DNA from: a virus
Taxonomy: Duplodnaviria; Caudoviricetes
Virus record (IMG/VR): IMGVR_UViG_3300014059_000008
Span: 27,416-91,415 of that record
Reading direction: 5' to 3' (one strand)
Length of the DNA: 64,000 bases
In this document: positions 9,902 to 17,776 of the stretch, piece by piece
Position numbering within the stretch: the stretch's first letter is position 1
Layout of the letters: every line of letters starts with the position of its first letter
The notes under the pieces: model-generated
The model's input: the letters and a program-made list of their open reading frames with translations, nothing else
The model's database searches: none
Told to the model about the DNA's origin: nothing
Translations under genes and position numbers: made by a program

Positions 9902-10984
9902 CTATGACTTTGGCTCAGGCGCTCGCGGGAATCCGGCGAGTGAGTTGATGAATGTAGCCCTTGCTTGCATCTTTTCAGTTTCGGTTCCACCGTAAGTATC
10001 CAATTGCAGCATATGAAGCCTCTTTCGCGCGGCAATTGTCTGGATGTCCTTCTCGATGTCTTCCGGCGCTGACGACACAGAAAGGTATGCCCTGTATCCA
10101 GCCATGCTCCATTTGATCTGTTCTATCTGCGGCAAGGATTCCCACAATGCTACTCCGCCGTGCATGTTGAATCCCTCGTAGGCAATCTGGCCCAACGACT
10201 TACCGACACCAGCTCGGGCCTTCATGGCATTCTCGAACTCGCGCGACAGTCTGCACAGCCGCTGCTGATGTTCTTTGGTCGATATCTTTTCGGCCCAGAT
10301 CTCGTCAGTGGTTGGGATGCGCACTACATACGGGCCACCGGCATGGGCAACGGACCCATGCAGCAGCAGCGCCTTCTGGAAGTCCTCACCCTCCTTGACC
10401 TTGTGTCCGATCGTTCCATAGCTGCCGATCGGCCACTTGATGCCGCCGATGACAACGGAGAAGGTGCGGTTCTCTTCCTGGGTGATGGTAATGGGGCACG
10501 ATGGAGACGGCGCATCAGATTGCGTAGTGTTCTGGGCTTGGCTTTCCCAATTGCAAACACGCCCGATGAATAGCTTTTTCAGCTCATCGGGAATCATCTC
10601 GCTGTCGGAAATGAGTTTGGTTAGGTAGTCGACTACTGATTGCTCTGTGATCGGTTGGCTCATGCTGGCGTCCTTTGGTTTTATGGGCTGCAGCCCTTGG
10701 TTATCTGCGACTAGCTTCTCAATAACTGGCAGTAGGTTCGGAAGATCTACTACGCCAGTGTCTACGCAATACGTACCGGTGATCGCTGGGATGTCGCTCT
10801 CTGGGAACATCTCGGCCAAGAAACCGCCCATGGCCACCAGCATCTGCTCAAACGCCAGACGAGTGAACGGCTTGGCACCGAACTCCGCATTGACCTTTTC
10901 GTTTAGGTCTATGAGCGTCCGAAATACCTTTTTGCTGCAGGTCATGAGCTGGCCTCTCAGCTTGAAATCGATTGCTAGTTTCAT
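9902..10984 (-). CDS. hypothetical protein, paralog of 9050-9868
   Basis: Same shared blocks plus an extra N-terminal region. Confidence 0.75.
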   Translation of the reverse strand: MKLAIDFKLRGQLMTCSKKVFRTLIDLNEKVNAEFGAKPFTRLAFEQMLVAMGGFLAEMFPESDIPAITGTYCVDTGVVDLPNLLPVIEKLVADNQGLQPIKPKDASMSQPITEQSVVDYLTKLISDSEMIPDELKKLFIGRVCNWESQAQNTTQSDAPSPSCPITITQEENRTFSVVIGGIKWPIGSYGTIGHKVKEGEDFQKALLLHGSVAHAGGPYVVRIPTTDEIWAEKISTKEHQQRLCRLSREFENAMKARAGVGKSLGQIAYEGFNMHGGVALWESLPQIEQIKWSMAGYRAYLSVSSAPEDIEKDIQTIAARKRLHMLQLDTYGGTETEKMQARATFINSLAGFPRAPEPKS

Positions 10985-11634
10985 GAATCGCTTTCCTTCT
11001 GTTCAGAGTAAGCCCGCTTGCGCCCATTGGATACTGTCGCCCGCACAAGCTCTGACAACTTCTCAGTCCACTTGTCGGCAATGGCTTTAATCATTTGGTC
11101 CGCGCCATCATGGTTTCCGTCATCAATGGCGCAGAATAGAGCACCTAGCTCTTTCTCTAGTTCTCGTGGCTTAGCGCTAGCAGCCGCGATGATAGATGGC
11201 TCATGTGCGCGCACTTTTGGGTCACGAAAAAAGAACCGTGATGAATTAGAGTCTGCCACAAGAAGCTCTTGCATATGAAGCATGACGGATGGCGATACCG
11301 TTTTCTGTGTTTCCTCCATCGCATCTTCGATGTTTTGAATCTTGGGTAGCTCATCGATGGATGCTACGCAATGCACACCCATCGCATCGAATATCAGCCC
11401 CAAGTCATGAGCCCACGAAAACACAGCATCTGGCCGCGTGTCCTCCGCTGCCACTGGCCCACGGATGCAAGACTCACCGACCTCGTGAAGCGTCATGACC
11501 CCGCTTTCATCCTTGCGAATCTCGTAGACCATGCCGGGCTTTAGCGATGGGTCCGCGCCCTTGGTGATTCCAATGATGGCCTTGGTTTCATCGCTTGGAC
11601 GAATGACGATGCGGCCTACTGGTGTCGATGTCAT
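10981..11634 (-). CDS. hypothetical protein; C-terminus resembles the helical tail of defence-type ABC ATPases
   Basis: Start moved to MTSTPVG, coupled to the upstream stop; LGALFCAIDDG...SELVRA. Confidence 0.6.
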   Translation of the reverse strand: MTSTPVGRIVIRPSDETKAIIGITKGADPSLKPGMVYEIRKDESGVMTLHEVGESCIRGPVAAEDTRPDAVFSWAHDLGLIFDAMGVHCVASIDELPKIQNIEDAMEETQKTVSPSVMLHMQELLVADSNSSRFFFRDPKVRAHEPSIIAAASAKPRELEKELGALFCAIDDGNHDGADQMIKAIADKWTEKLSELVRATVSNGRKRAYSEQKESDS

Positions 11635-11894
11635 GCCTTCTCTTCTTCCTGCATCTGCTGCCAGCGCGTAAGCGTCACAATGGCCTCTTGGATATCCTTG
11701 CTGATGTCCTTCTGACCGCGCCCGCCTGCAACTAGCAGCTTCTTTATCGCGTGCTGCAGGCATGGGTCGGTGACATCGAACAACTTAAGAACTCGGTACA
11801 CATCGACGTGTGAGTACTTGCACGGCTTGTGATAGTGGCTGTAAACCTGACGGATGCCGTCTCTGGATAGGTCTGGTTTTGGGTCTGTGCTCAT
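11631..11894 (-). CDS. DUF3310-like small phage protein
   Basis: HY...DVYRVL..F.VTDPCLQHAIKKLL.AG.RG.KD...DI.EA pattern. Confidence 0.75.
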   Translation of the reverse strand: MSTDPKPDLSRDGIRQVYSHYHKPCKYSHVDVYRVLKLFDVTDPCLQHAIKKLLVAGGRGQKDISKDIQEAIVTLTRWQQMQEEEKA

Positions 11895-11897
11895 GGT

Positions 11898-12149
11898 TCA
11901 CCGGATCTGAATGCTAAAGCCGTGCGCTACTAGAGTCCTGACGCGCGCTGGTAGGTCTCGGTTCAGAACCTCAACGGTCACGACGGCAAACTCCGATTTT
12001 GTGATCGTAAATGCCACTTGAGAAGAGCACGGTCCAAGGCATGCCTGTAGTAGTGCGTGCTCTGCATCTGATAGCGTCTCGCCTTCACTGCAGTATGTAA
12101 GCACGCTACATTTCTTGCGCTTGCCATGAGGGCTGATGTTTATTTTCAT
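11898..12149 (-). CDS. hypothetical protein
   Basis: 83-aa ORF filling the gene string. Confidence 0.5.
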   Translation of the reverse strand: MKINISPHGKRKKCSVLTYCSEGETLSDAEHALLQACLGPCSSQVAFTITKSEFAVVTVEVLNRDLPARVRTLVAHGFSIQIR

Positions 12150-12153
12150 CGCA

Positions 12154-12492
12154 CTAGTCCTTCGGCTGAATCAGGCGAGCATCTTTTTCTGCTGCTGCAA
12201 TCTCTTCATCGCTTGGCAGCGGAACACTCGTTGATGTCTTTTGGCGGATAATGCACTGCCCTGAAACTCTCACTAGATGAGAGCCGCCGACCTCGATGAA
12301 ATACCATCCATCGCTACCATGCTGCGACTGCAACTGCCCCATCGTGCGACCGTGGTAGACGCGCTTTCCTCCGCTGTAACAGTCGATAATTGCAGGCTCT
12401 CCAAACGATGTCAGGTTTCCGTATTCTGCATCAGTGCATGCGCATAACGATAGGATGGCAGCTGCTGACATCATTCTCTTTATTGGTTTCAT
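12154..12492 (-). CDS. putative lipoprotein
   Basis: Signal ending LCAC; CYSGG...G motif. Confidence 0.7.
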   Translation of the reverse strand: MKPIKRMMSAAAILSLCACTDAEYGNLTSFGEPAIIDCYSGGKRVYHGRTMGQLQSQHGSDGWYFIEVGGSHLVRVSGQCIIRQKTSTSVPLPSDEEIAAAEKDARLIQPKD

Positions 12493-12515
12493 CGTCTCGT
12501 CCCTTCTCTTGGTTG

Positions 12516-12830
12516 TTAATTTTCAAACTCTAGCGTCCACGTCATTAGGCTATGAACGTCACTAGGAACCGACGCAACCCATCTCCGTTTGAACTCTTTA
12601 CCCAGCGCCTCTGCTTCTTGGTACGACAGCGACGTGCGAATCAGTATGTACAAATACGGAGCATGCAGCATGTAGAGAGATAGCTTTGTCTTGGCCCCGA
12701 AGACTTCAGCAGCTATTTGAATAGCCGTCACCAAGGCAGGGGAAAGATGTTCATGTGCAGAAATGAACTCTTTCTGCATTGCCGTCAGGGTTCCATAGGC
12801 TGCTGCTATTTCTGATAGCTGGGTAGTCAT
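12516..12830 (-). CDS. hypothetical protein of host-like type
   Basis: VFG...L.L...LYILIRTSLSYQEA...F...W pattern. Confidence 0.6.
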   Translation of the reverse strand: MTTQLSEIAAAYGTLTAMQKEFISAHEHLSPALVTAIQIAAEVFGAKTKLSLYMLHAPYLYILIRTSLSYQEAEALGKEFKRRWVASVPSDVHSLMTWTLEFEN

Positions 12831-13111
12831 GGCTGATACCTGCTCAGAACATCAATTACCGCGTCGTACATGGCGACCTCTCTGCGCTGGGCCGATGCGA
12901 TAGCCTTGTGCATGTCAGCTTCTTTTATGCGCTGCTTAGGAGCTAGCTTGCATCCTGCCTTGCGCCATTCTGCAGACGTTCCACGGACATATGCTTCTAA
13001 CATCTGCGTTCGCCCAGCAAGCGCTTCCGTGATGGCGGTTTTCTTTAGTTTTATAAACAGCAAAAGATCGCCAATGGTAAACGTCTCTTCCTGTGGAGTT
13101 TCTTGGCTCAT
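12827..13111 (-). CDS. hypothetical protein
   Basis: Start MSQETP coupled to the upstream stop. Confidence 0.6.
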   Translation of the reverse strand: MSQETPQEETFTIGDLLLFIKLKKTAITEALAGRTQMLEAYVRGTSAEWRKAGCKLAPKQRIKEADMHKAIASAQRREVAMYDAVIDVLSRYQP

Positions 13112-13989
13112 GCACTGCTCCGCGTCAAAGTGGCCACAAACATCTCGCGACACTTCACGCATCCAATCTCTCTGCCATCTGCATGACTAAGAGACACCGA
13201 CGCATCATAGACGGGCTTCTCATCGTCAGATCCACACATAGCACTCATGCCTGCGGAGAATGAGACGTGGCTACCATCTGCAGTCGAAACTGGTATGCCC
13301 TCTTCCTCGAACCACTCAGCTACAGCGCGCTTGATTGAGTCGCAGCACTGCGGAAGAACTTCGCGCACCATCTGCAGCAGCTTCTGTTTATCGCCTGCGT
13401 CGGATAATGGAATCCGATCCAGCCTTCGCTGCAGCAGTATGACCAGCATGTCCACACCTGGATCGTCCACCACTTGCGGCATGAACCGGATGAACTCGGC
13501 CACGCCACGATCCAGGATGCAGCTGGCAATCTGGTTGCGGAGCTTGCCGCCGGTTCTATCGTCTAGTTCCATCCACCATGCAAAGTCGTGCGGCTGCTTT
13601 CTGACGATGCCGAGCACTGCAACTTGCTTGGTTTTCGACAGAGTGGCGAAATTGCTCTGCGCAACTAAAGCATGCGCCTCAGCTCCGATGTCAGCGTCTA
13701 TCTCCCTGGCAAGTTCTAGCAGCTCTCCCGCGTAGTAATCCGATGCAGACTCTGGATCACTTAGAAACTCTCGGGCCAGTTCTGCGCATGTCAGCCGCAC
13801 AAGTTGACGCAGGAAGCCTGTCGCCTCTTTTTTGTGCCACTTAATTAAGCTCTGCGCCGTTGTCTCTTCTAGTCGGATGCACAGCAGCGGCATCTCTGAC
13901 TCTAGGTGCTCTTTCAGCCATGCTTTGAGTTGACGTGGATGTAGTCGGTCTAGGTGATCTCTTACTGTCCACATGAGCCTATCCTCCAC
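13108..13989 (-). CDS. hypothetical alpha-helical protein
   Basis: 293-aa ORF. Confidence 0.7.
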   Translation of the reverse strand: MEDRLMWTVRDHLDRLHPRQLKAWLKEHLESEMPLLCIRLEETTAQSLIKWHKKEATGFLRQLVRLTCAELAREFLSDPESASDYYAGELLELAREIDADIGAEAHALVAQSNFATLSKTKQVAVLGIVRKQPHDFAWWMELDDRTGGKLRNQIASCILDRGVAEFIRFMPQVVDDPGVDMLVILLQRRLDRIPLSDAGDKQKLLQMVREVLPQCCDSIKRAVAEWFEEEGIPVSTADGSHVSFSAGMSAMCGSDDEKPVYDASVSLSHADGREIGCVKCREMFVATLTRSSA

Positions 13990-14198
13990 TGCGCAAATCG
14001 TCGCCTTGTAGCCCTGTTGTGCATACGTCTATTCCGCGCGGCATCTTGGCGCTGCATCAGGACTAGAAGTTTCCTGGTCTGTCGCGGGGTCAGTTCTGCA
14101 TCATCCAGGTCTGCGCGCGATATGCCGGTCAGTATGCAGCGCTCGGTCAGGATGTCGTAGCGGCCATGCTGTAGACGATGGGCGGTGTGGGGCTTCAT
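13962..14198 (-). CDS. small basic protein
   Basis: Coupled ORF. Confidence 0.55.
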   Translation of the reverse strand: MKPHTAHRLQHGRYDILTERCILTGISRADLDDAELTPRQTRKLLVLMQRQDAARNRRMHNRATRRRFAQWRIGSCGQ

Positions 14199-14407
14199 CG
14201 CGGCGGCCTATTTTTCTTGGCCCACGCTGCGGTCAGCTTAAAAAGAGCCGTTTCTGCTTTCGATTGTCGATCGAGTTCTTCTTCAGTCGGGTCATCCACA
14301 GTGAGATCGTCAAGCTCCACAAGCAGGTCCAAAACCTTGTGTAGTGCGCGCCCCTGATCACAACTGGCCGACAACTCGACGATCGCTTGGACTTCTTCGT
14401 CATCCAT
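14195..14407 (-). CDS. small acidic protein
   Basis: GGCAGGAGG RBS; first CDS after the RNA cluster. Confidence 0.65.
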   Translation of the reverse strand: MDDEEVQAIVELSASCDQGRALHKVLDLLVELDDLTVDDPTEEELDRQSKAETALFKLTAAWAKKNRPPR

Positions 14408-14432
14408 CTACTTGTTCCTCCTGCCAGAACCA

Positions 14433-14507
14433 AGGTGCGCACCGGACTCGAACCGGTAATTCCCATCAACTAGTGATCGGCCTTTTACCAATTAAAGGTA
14501 GCGCACC
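14433..14507 (-). tRNA. tRNA-like RNA with non-canonical anticodon loop (central TAG, nominal Leu)
   Basis: GGTGCGC-TA-CCTT(TAATTGGTAA)AAGG-C-CGATC(ACTAGTT)GATGG-GAATT-ACCGG(TTCGAGT)CCGGT-GCGCACC-T; no CCA encoded. Confidence 0.8.
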
Positions 14508-14514
14508 AAAAGAG

Positions 14515-14598
14515 TGCATCGATCGGGTGATACATGAGGCAGAACGCTCTAAGGCCCAGCCGTAGATCTCCTGACGGCAACACAGCCCGACCGATGCA
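14515..14598 (-). ncRNA. structured RNA module: 13-bp closing stem with internal CAGGA-loop hairpin
   Basis: TGCATCGGTCGGG pairs with CCCGATCGATGCA (the G-U works only on the minus strand); inner GCCGT(CAGGAGATCT)ACGGC. Confidence 0.6.
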
Positions 14599-14599
14599 G

Positions 14600-14700
14600 T
14601 GGACCACCCAGGCTTTGAACCTGGATTATAGCAGCCGTTGGTGAGTCGCTTTCGCTGTGACTCTGCGCCGCTCTAGTTTTACCGGTTAAACTAGTGGTCT
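14600..14700 (-). ncRNA. tRNA-like RNA with anticodon arm replaced by a ~50-nt GAAA-capped insert
   Basis: AGACCAC-TA-GTTT(AACCGGTA)AAAC-[insert]-CCAGG(TTCAAAG)CCTGG-GTGGTCC-A. Confidence 0.75.
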
Positions 14701-14705
14701 GATTT

Positions 14706-14850
14706 GCCGGGATTGCCCACCCGGCCTGGGTTGAGAGGTCTTCCAATTCTCTGTCTGACCGCAACTCCGTCAGTTGAGGCCCTATCCGGCTTAGGGTTGC
14801 CTGCCTGTTTTTGGTACGAGTCCCACGTACTAGCGATGCGCAATATCGCT
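14706..14850 (-). ncRNA. array of six short hairpins
   Basis: AGCGAT/ATCGCT, GTACG/CGTAC, CCCTA/TAGGG, CTGAC/GTCAG, GAGA/TCTC, GCCGGG/CCCGGC. Confidence 0.55.
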
Positions 14851-14902
14851 GCCAGACTGTTACGATTTTAGGGTTCCAAAGCTGGTCATAACGTCATCCC
14901 TG

Positions 14903-14963
14903 CGACCCGTCCAGGGATCGAACCTGGGACCAAGAGCTTGCTCTACCGCTGAGCTAACAGGTC
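14903..14963 (-). ncRNA. tRNA-like RNA lacking the anticodon arm
   Basis: GACCTGT-TA-GCTC(AGCGGTA)GAGC-AAGCTCTTGGTC-CCAGG(TTCGATC)CCTGG-ACGGGTC-G; only 12 nt between the D and T stems. Confidence 0.8.
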
Positions 14964-15080
14964 AAACTACGCTCCGATGGTATCGATCATATCGAATGCT
15001 CGGAGCAACACATACCGCAAGTTTAGCCCAGACGGGCGCGCTCGATACCTTCACGCTAGACGACCGACCTCACTTGGGCA

Positions 15081-15109
15081 TAAGTACACAGGTTGCCTAG
15101 TAGTGTCAA
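15081..15109 (-). promoter_or_regulatory. promoter upstream of the ncRNA cluster
   Basis: TTGACA-17nt-TACTTA. Confidence 0.6.
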
Positions 15110-15114
15110 TATCA

Positions 15115-15561
15115 TTATTTCGGCGACCCGTAAGCCAACCATCCAGCATCGACGCCAAGAGCCGCTGCGATGCGCTCCACTACTGCCCGCGCTGGATCGG
15201 TGCGGCCTGATTCATAGCTTCCGACTACCGTGGGGCTTATCTTGGCAGCAGCGGCCAGCTTGCGGATGCTTATCTTGGCCATGGTCCGCGTGCGCAGCAG
15301 GCGATCTGGGAACGTATCTGCGGCTTTTGGTGCTTGCTTTTGCAGCGGCTGTACACGCGGCTCCAGCTCGTAGCCTAGCGCTGTCAGGATCTTTGACAGG
15401 GTGCCGATCTGCATTGTGGTTTTGCCGCCGAGCACCTGGGTGATGTTCGCAGGCGCGCAGCCCATGCGGCGTGCCAGCTCGCGGCGGCTGACTTTGTGCC
15501 GCGTCATCAGCTCGCAGATAATCTCTGTGATGGCTACTTGGGTGCGGTCAGTCATCGGCAC
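15115..15561 (-). CDS. XRE-family regulator with two HTH domains
   Basis: SRRELARRMGCAPANITQVLGG and SIRKLAAAAKISPTVVGSYESGRTDP. Confidence 0.85.
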   Translation of the reverse strand: MPMTDRTQVAITEIICELMTRHKVSRRELARRMGCAPANITQVLGGKTTMQIGTLSKILTALGYELEPRVQPLQKQAPKAADTFPDRLLRTRTMAKISIRKLAAAAKISPTVVGSYESGRTDPARAVVERIAAALGVDAGWLAYGSPK

Positions 15562-16046
15562 TCCCGAGCAAACTTCAGCGCTTCATCATGACCGTGCTGC
15601 CGGTCTGCTGCAGCTTTCTGTGCGTCCTCTAGCGTTGGGTGGATGTCAGACGGAAAGACGCTGTGGTTATACGCAAGAGCACCTTCACTTAGGCCGATAG
15701 CGCTTACCTTGTCGGTCGCCGCATAGTAAGCGCGCACTTCCTCGTAGCGCACTTTAACCATACGACCGCCCCGCTTCTCATGCGTAGGCTTCACGACTCG
15801 AAATCCGACAAAATGTATTGTGTCGCCAATCTTGTGCTTTGCCCAAGAGATGGCTACAGCTTTGTCGGCCTCGGACCTGGCTGCTGCAGCGGAAGACTCT
15901 GCTAGCTTTCTGGCTACTGCCTCGGTGGACTTGGGGCACTTGAGCATGTGCGCGTCGTATCCGGCCTGAGTGGTCCACTTGGGCTGTGGGTAGCGTGAAT
16001 CGCCGCACTTGTTTGGGCAGCGGTATGTGGTTGGTTTGGTGGTCAT
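15552..16046 (-). CDS. hypothetical protein with N-terminal Zn finger
   Basis: CPNKC...H...C. Confidence 0.65.
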   Translation of the reverse strand: MTTKPTTYRCPNKCGDSRYPQPKWTTQAGYDAHMLKCPKSTEAVARKLAESSAAAARSEADKAVAISWAKHKIGDTIHFVGFRVVKPTHEKRGGRMVKVRYEEVRAYYAATDKVSAIGLSEGALAYNHSVFPSDIHPTLEDAQKAAADRQHGHDEALKFARECR

Positions 16047-17776
16047 GCTTTTGCGCTCCTCTTGACTAATGGCTTTGCTTTCTTATTACGTGCCCACGGG
16101 TTTACTGGCTCAATTCCGCGCCTCGCTCTAGCTGATGCCACTGAAGATGAATCTATGCCTAGTGTTTTGGCTAGCTCATTATCTGAAACCAGACCAAGAG
16201 GTTGCGAGTCCCAGTCAATAAACTCAGCGAGCGCTCTAGGAAGTCCAAGCCGTTTTCGGGCCGCACTTACTGTGCTTTTGCAGATGCCAAATCGTTTAGC
16301 TAGTTCGATATTGGTAGCGTTTTCAAAGAGTTCCTTAGTCCATGTTACTTTTTTTACGTACCTGTTTTCCCCATTAATTCCGCGTTGTCTTCGTGCATAC
16401 GAAACTGCTGTTGCTGTTACATTTAGCTTCTTTGCTATTTCTGAGTCTGGCATTTGCCCAAGTGGCTGCTCATCCCAGTTGATCCACTTTCTCATGTCTA
16501 GTGGCCTTGTTTGGTAGTCCACTCGGGCTATGATCAACGCTAGCAGTTCGGGATCTTCCTTTAGCTCCCGCTCTGCCTGCTCAATAACTGCGATCGGTTC
16601 AGCTCCTGGCGTCTCATCTGCAATTTGACGCGCTCGCTCCCGAACCTCTGGCGACAGTGGCCGCATCAGATCCACTGCAGACACCAGCGCGTGATTGCTG
16701 CTGTTGTCCGTGAAGTCGAGCACTAGCAGGTCATCCTTCCCTTTTGCTAGCCGGGTCCCGCGTCCGATGGCTTGGCAGTAAAGCGCTCGGCTCTTGGTGG
16801 GCCGCGCCATGACTACGCATGATGTCAGCGGAAGATCCACGCCACGCAGCAGCAGCGCGCAGCTGCAGAGGAACTGGATCTTGCCCTTCTCGTACTGCTG
16901 CAGGATGCGCCGCCGGTCTTGCAACTTCATCTTGCCGTGGATGACAGCAGCCGACTTGGGCGCGTACCGATTGAATACGTCGGCCAGCGCTTCGGCGTGC
17001 GCCACGGTAGCTGCGAACACAATGGATGGCCGATCGCCTGCCAGCTCCATGCTGGGCCTCACAACTTCATGCAGCGCCTTCTCGTGAATCAGCACGCGCT
17101 CTAGGTCTGCATTGGAGTAGTCACCATCTACGGTCTTCACCTTGTCGAGCGTGACAGACTGAATGCGCACCAAGGTTCTGCGGATCGGTGACAGGTAGCC
17201 CTGAGTGATTAGGTCGCCCATGTACAGCGGCGTGATCACTTTCTCGAATACAGACCCAAGGCTCTTGCCATCTGCGCGGTCCGGCGTAGCGGTGCATCCA
17301 AACACGCGGGCGCTGCTGAAGTAATTAAGCACGTCGCTATAGGACGGGGCCACTCCCAGATCGGCCTCGTCGATGACTATCAGCGCAAAGGATGCCGGGT
17401 CGAACGTCTGCAGCTTCCCAGGGCTGCGCATAGACTGGATGGTGGCGCAGACCACATTGGGCAGGTGCCTTGGGTCTACGCGCTTCCTGCCTTGCTCTAC
17501 ACCTACGCTGAGTCCGGTCCGCTGGTCGATGACATCTGCAGCCTGACCCACTAGGTGCTCGCGGTCCGCAAGTACCAGGGTGCGCCCATGGTTCTGGTGA
17601 AACATGAACGCCAGCTCAGCAAAAACAAACGTCTTGCCTCCGCCAGTTGGGCAGACGAATAGAGCCGAGCGGCTGTCAGCTAGCGCGGTGGACGCCTCCA
17701 TGATCGCGCGCTCTTGGTAGTCTCGGAGTTTGGGTTTCACTTGGAACTCCTGCGACATGCTTCCAGGTTCATCCAA
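16043..17776 (-). CDS. superfamily 2 helicase with three C-terminal HTH repeats
   Basis: LRDYQ, PTGGGKT, DEAD, TATPDR, GVDLP and QAIGRGTR motifs. Confidence 0.9.
   Translation of the reverse strand: MDEPGSMSQEFQVKPKLRDYQERAIMEASTALADSRSALFVCPTGGGKTFVFAELAFMFHQNHGRTLVLADREHLVGQAADVIDQRTGLSVGVEQGRKRVDPRHLPNVVCATIQSMRSPGKLQTFDPASFALIVIDEADLGVAPSYSDVLNYFSSARVFGCTATPDRADGKSLGSVFEKVITPLYMGDLITQGYLSPIRRTLVRIQSVTLDKVKTVDGDYSNADLERVLIHEKALHEVVRPSMELAGDRPSIVFAATVAHAEALADVFNRYAPKSAAVIHGKMKLQDRRRILQQYEKGKIQFLCSCALLLRGVDLPLTSCVVMARPTKSRALYCQAIGRGTRLAKGKDDLLVLDFTDNSSNHALVSAVDLMRPLSPEVRERARQIADETPGAEPIAVIEQAERELKEDPELLALIIARVDYQTRPLDMRKWINWDEQPLGQMPDSEIAKKLNVTATAVSYARRQRGINGENRYVKKVTWTKELFENATNIELAKRFGICKSTVSAARKRLGLPRALAEFIDWDSQPLGLVSDNELAKTLGIDSSSVASARARRGIEPVNPWARNKKAKPLVKRSAKA

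Noticed and set aside
14433-14507. Amber suppressor tRNA (CTA) or a recoded genome
   Set aside because: CTA is off-centre in the loop, that register breaks the stem, and TAG ends many genes normally with no fragmented ORFs
14706-14850. Mini CRISPR array
   Set aside because: The hairpins share no repeated sequence and there are no cas genes
14433-14963. tmRNA, RNase P RNA or SRP RNA
   Set aside because: Each tRNA-like unit closes its own acceptor stem; I saw no tag ORF, RNase P P4 motif or SRP domain IV consensus (an Rfam scan is still advised)
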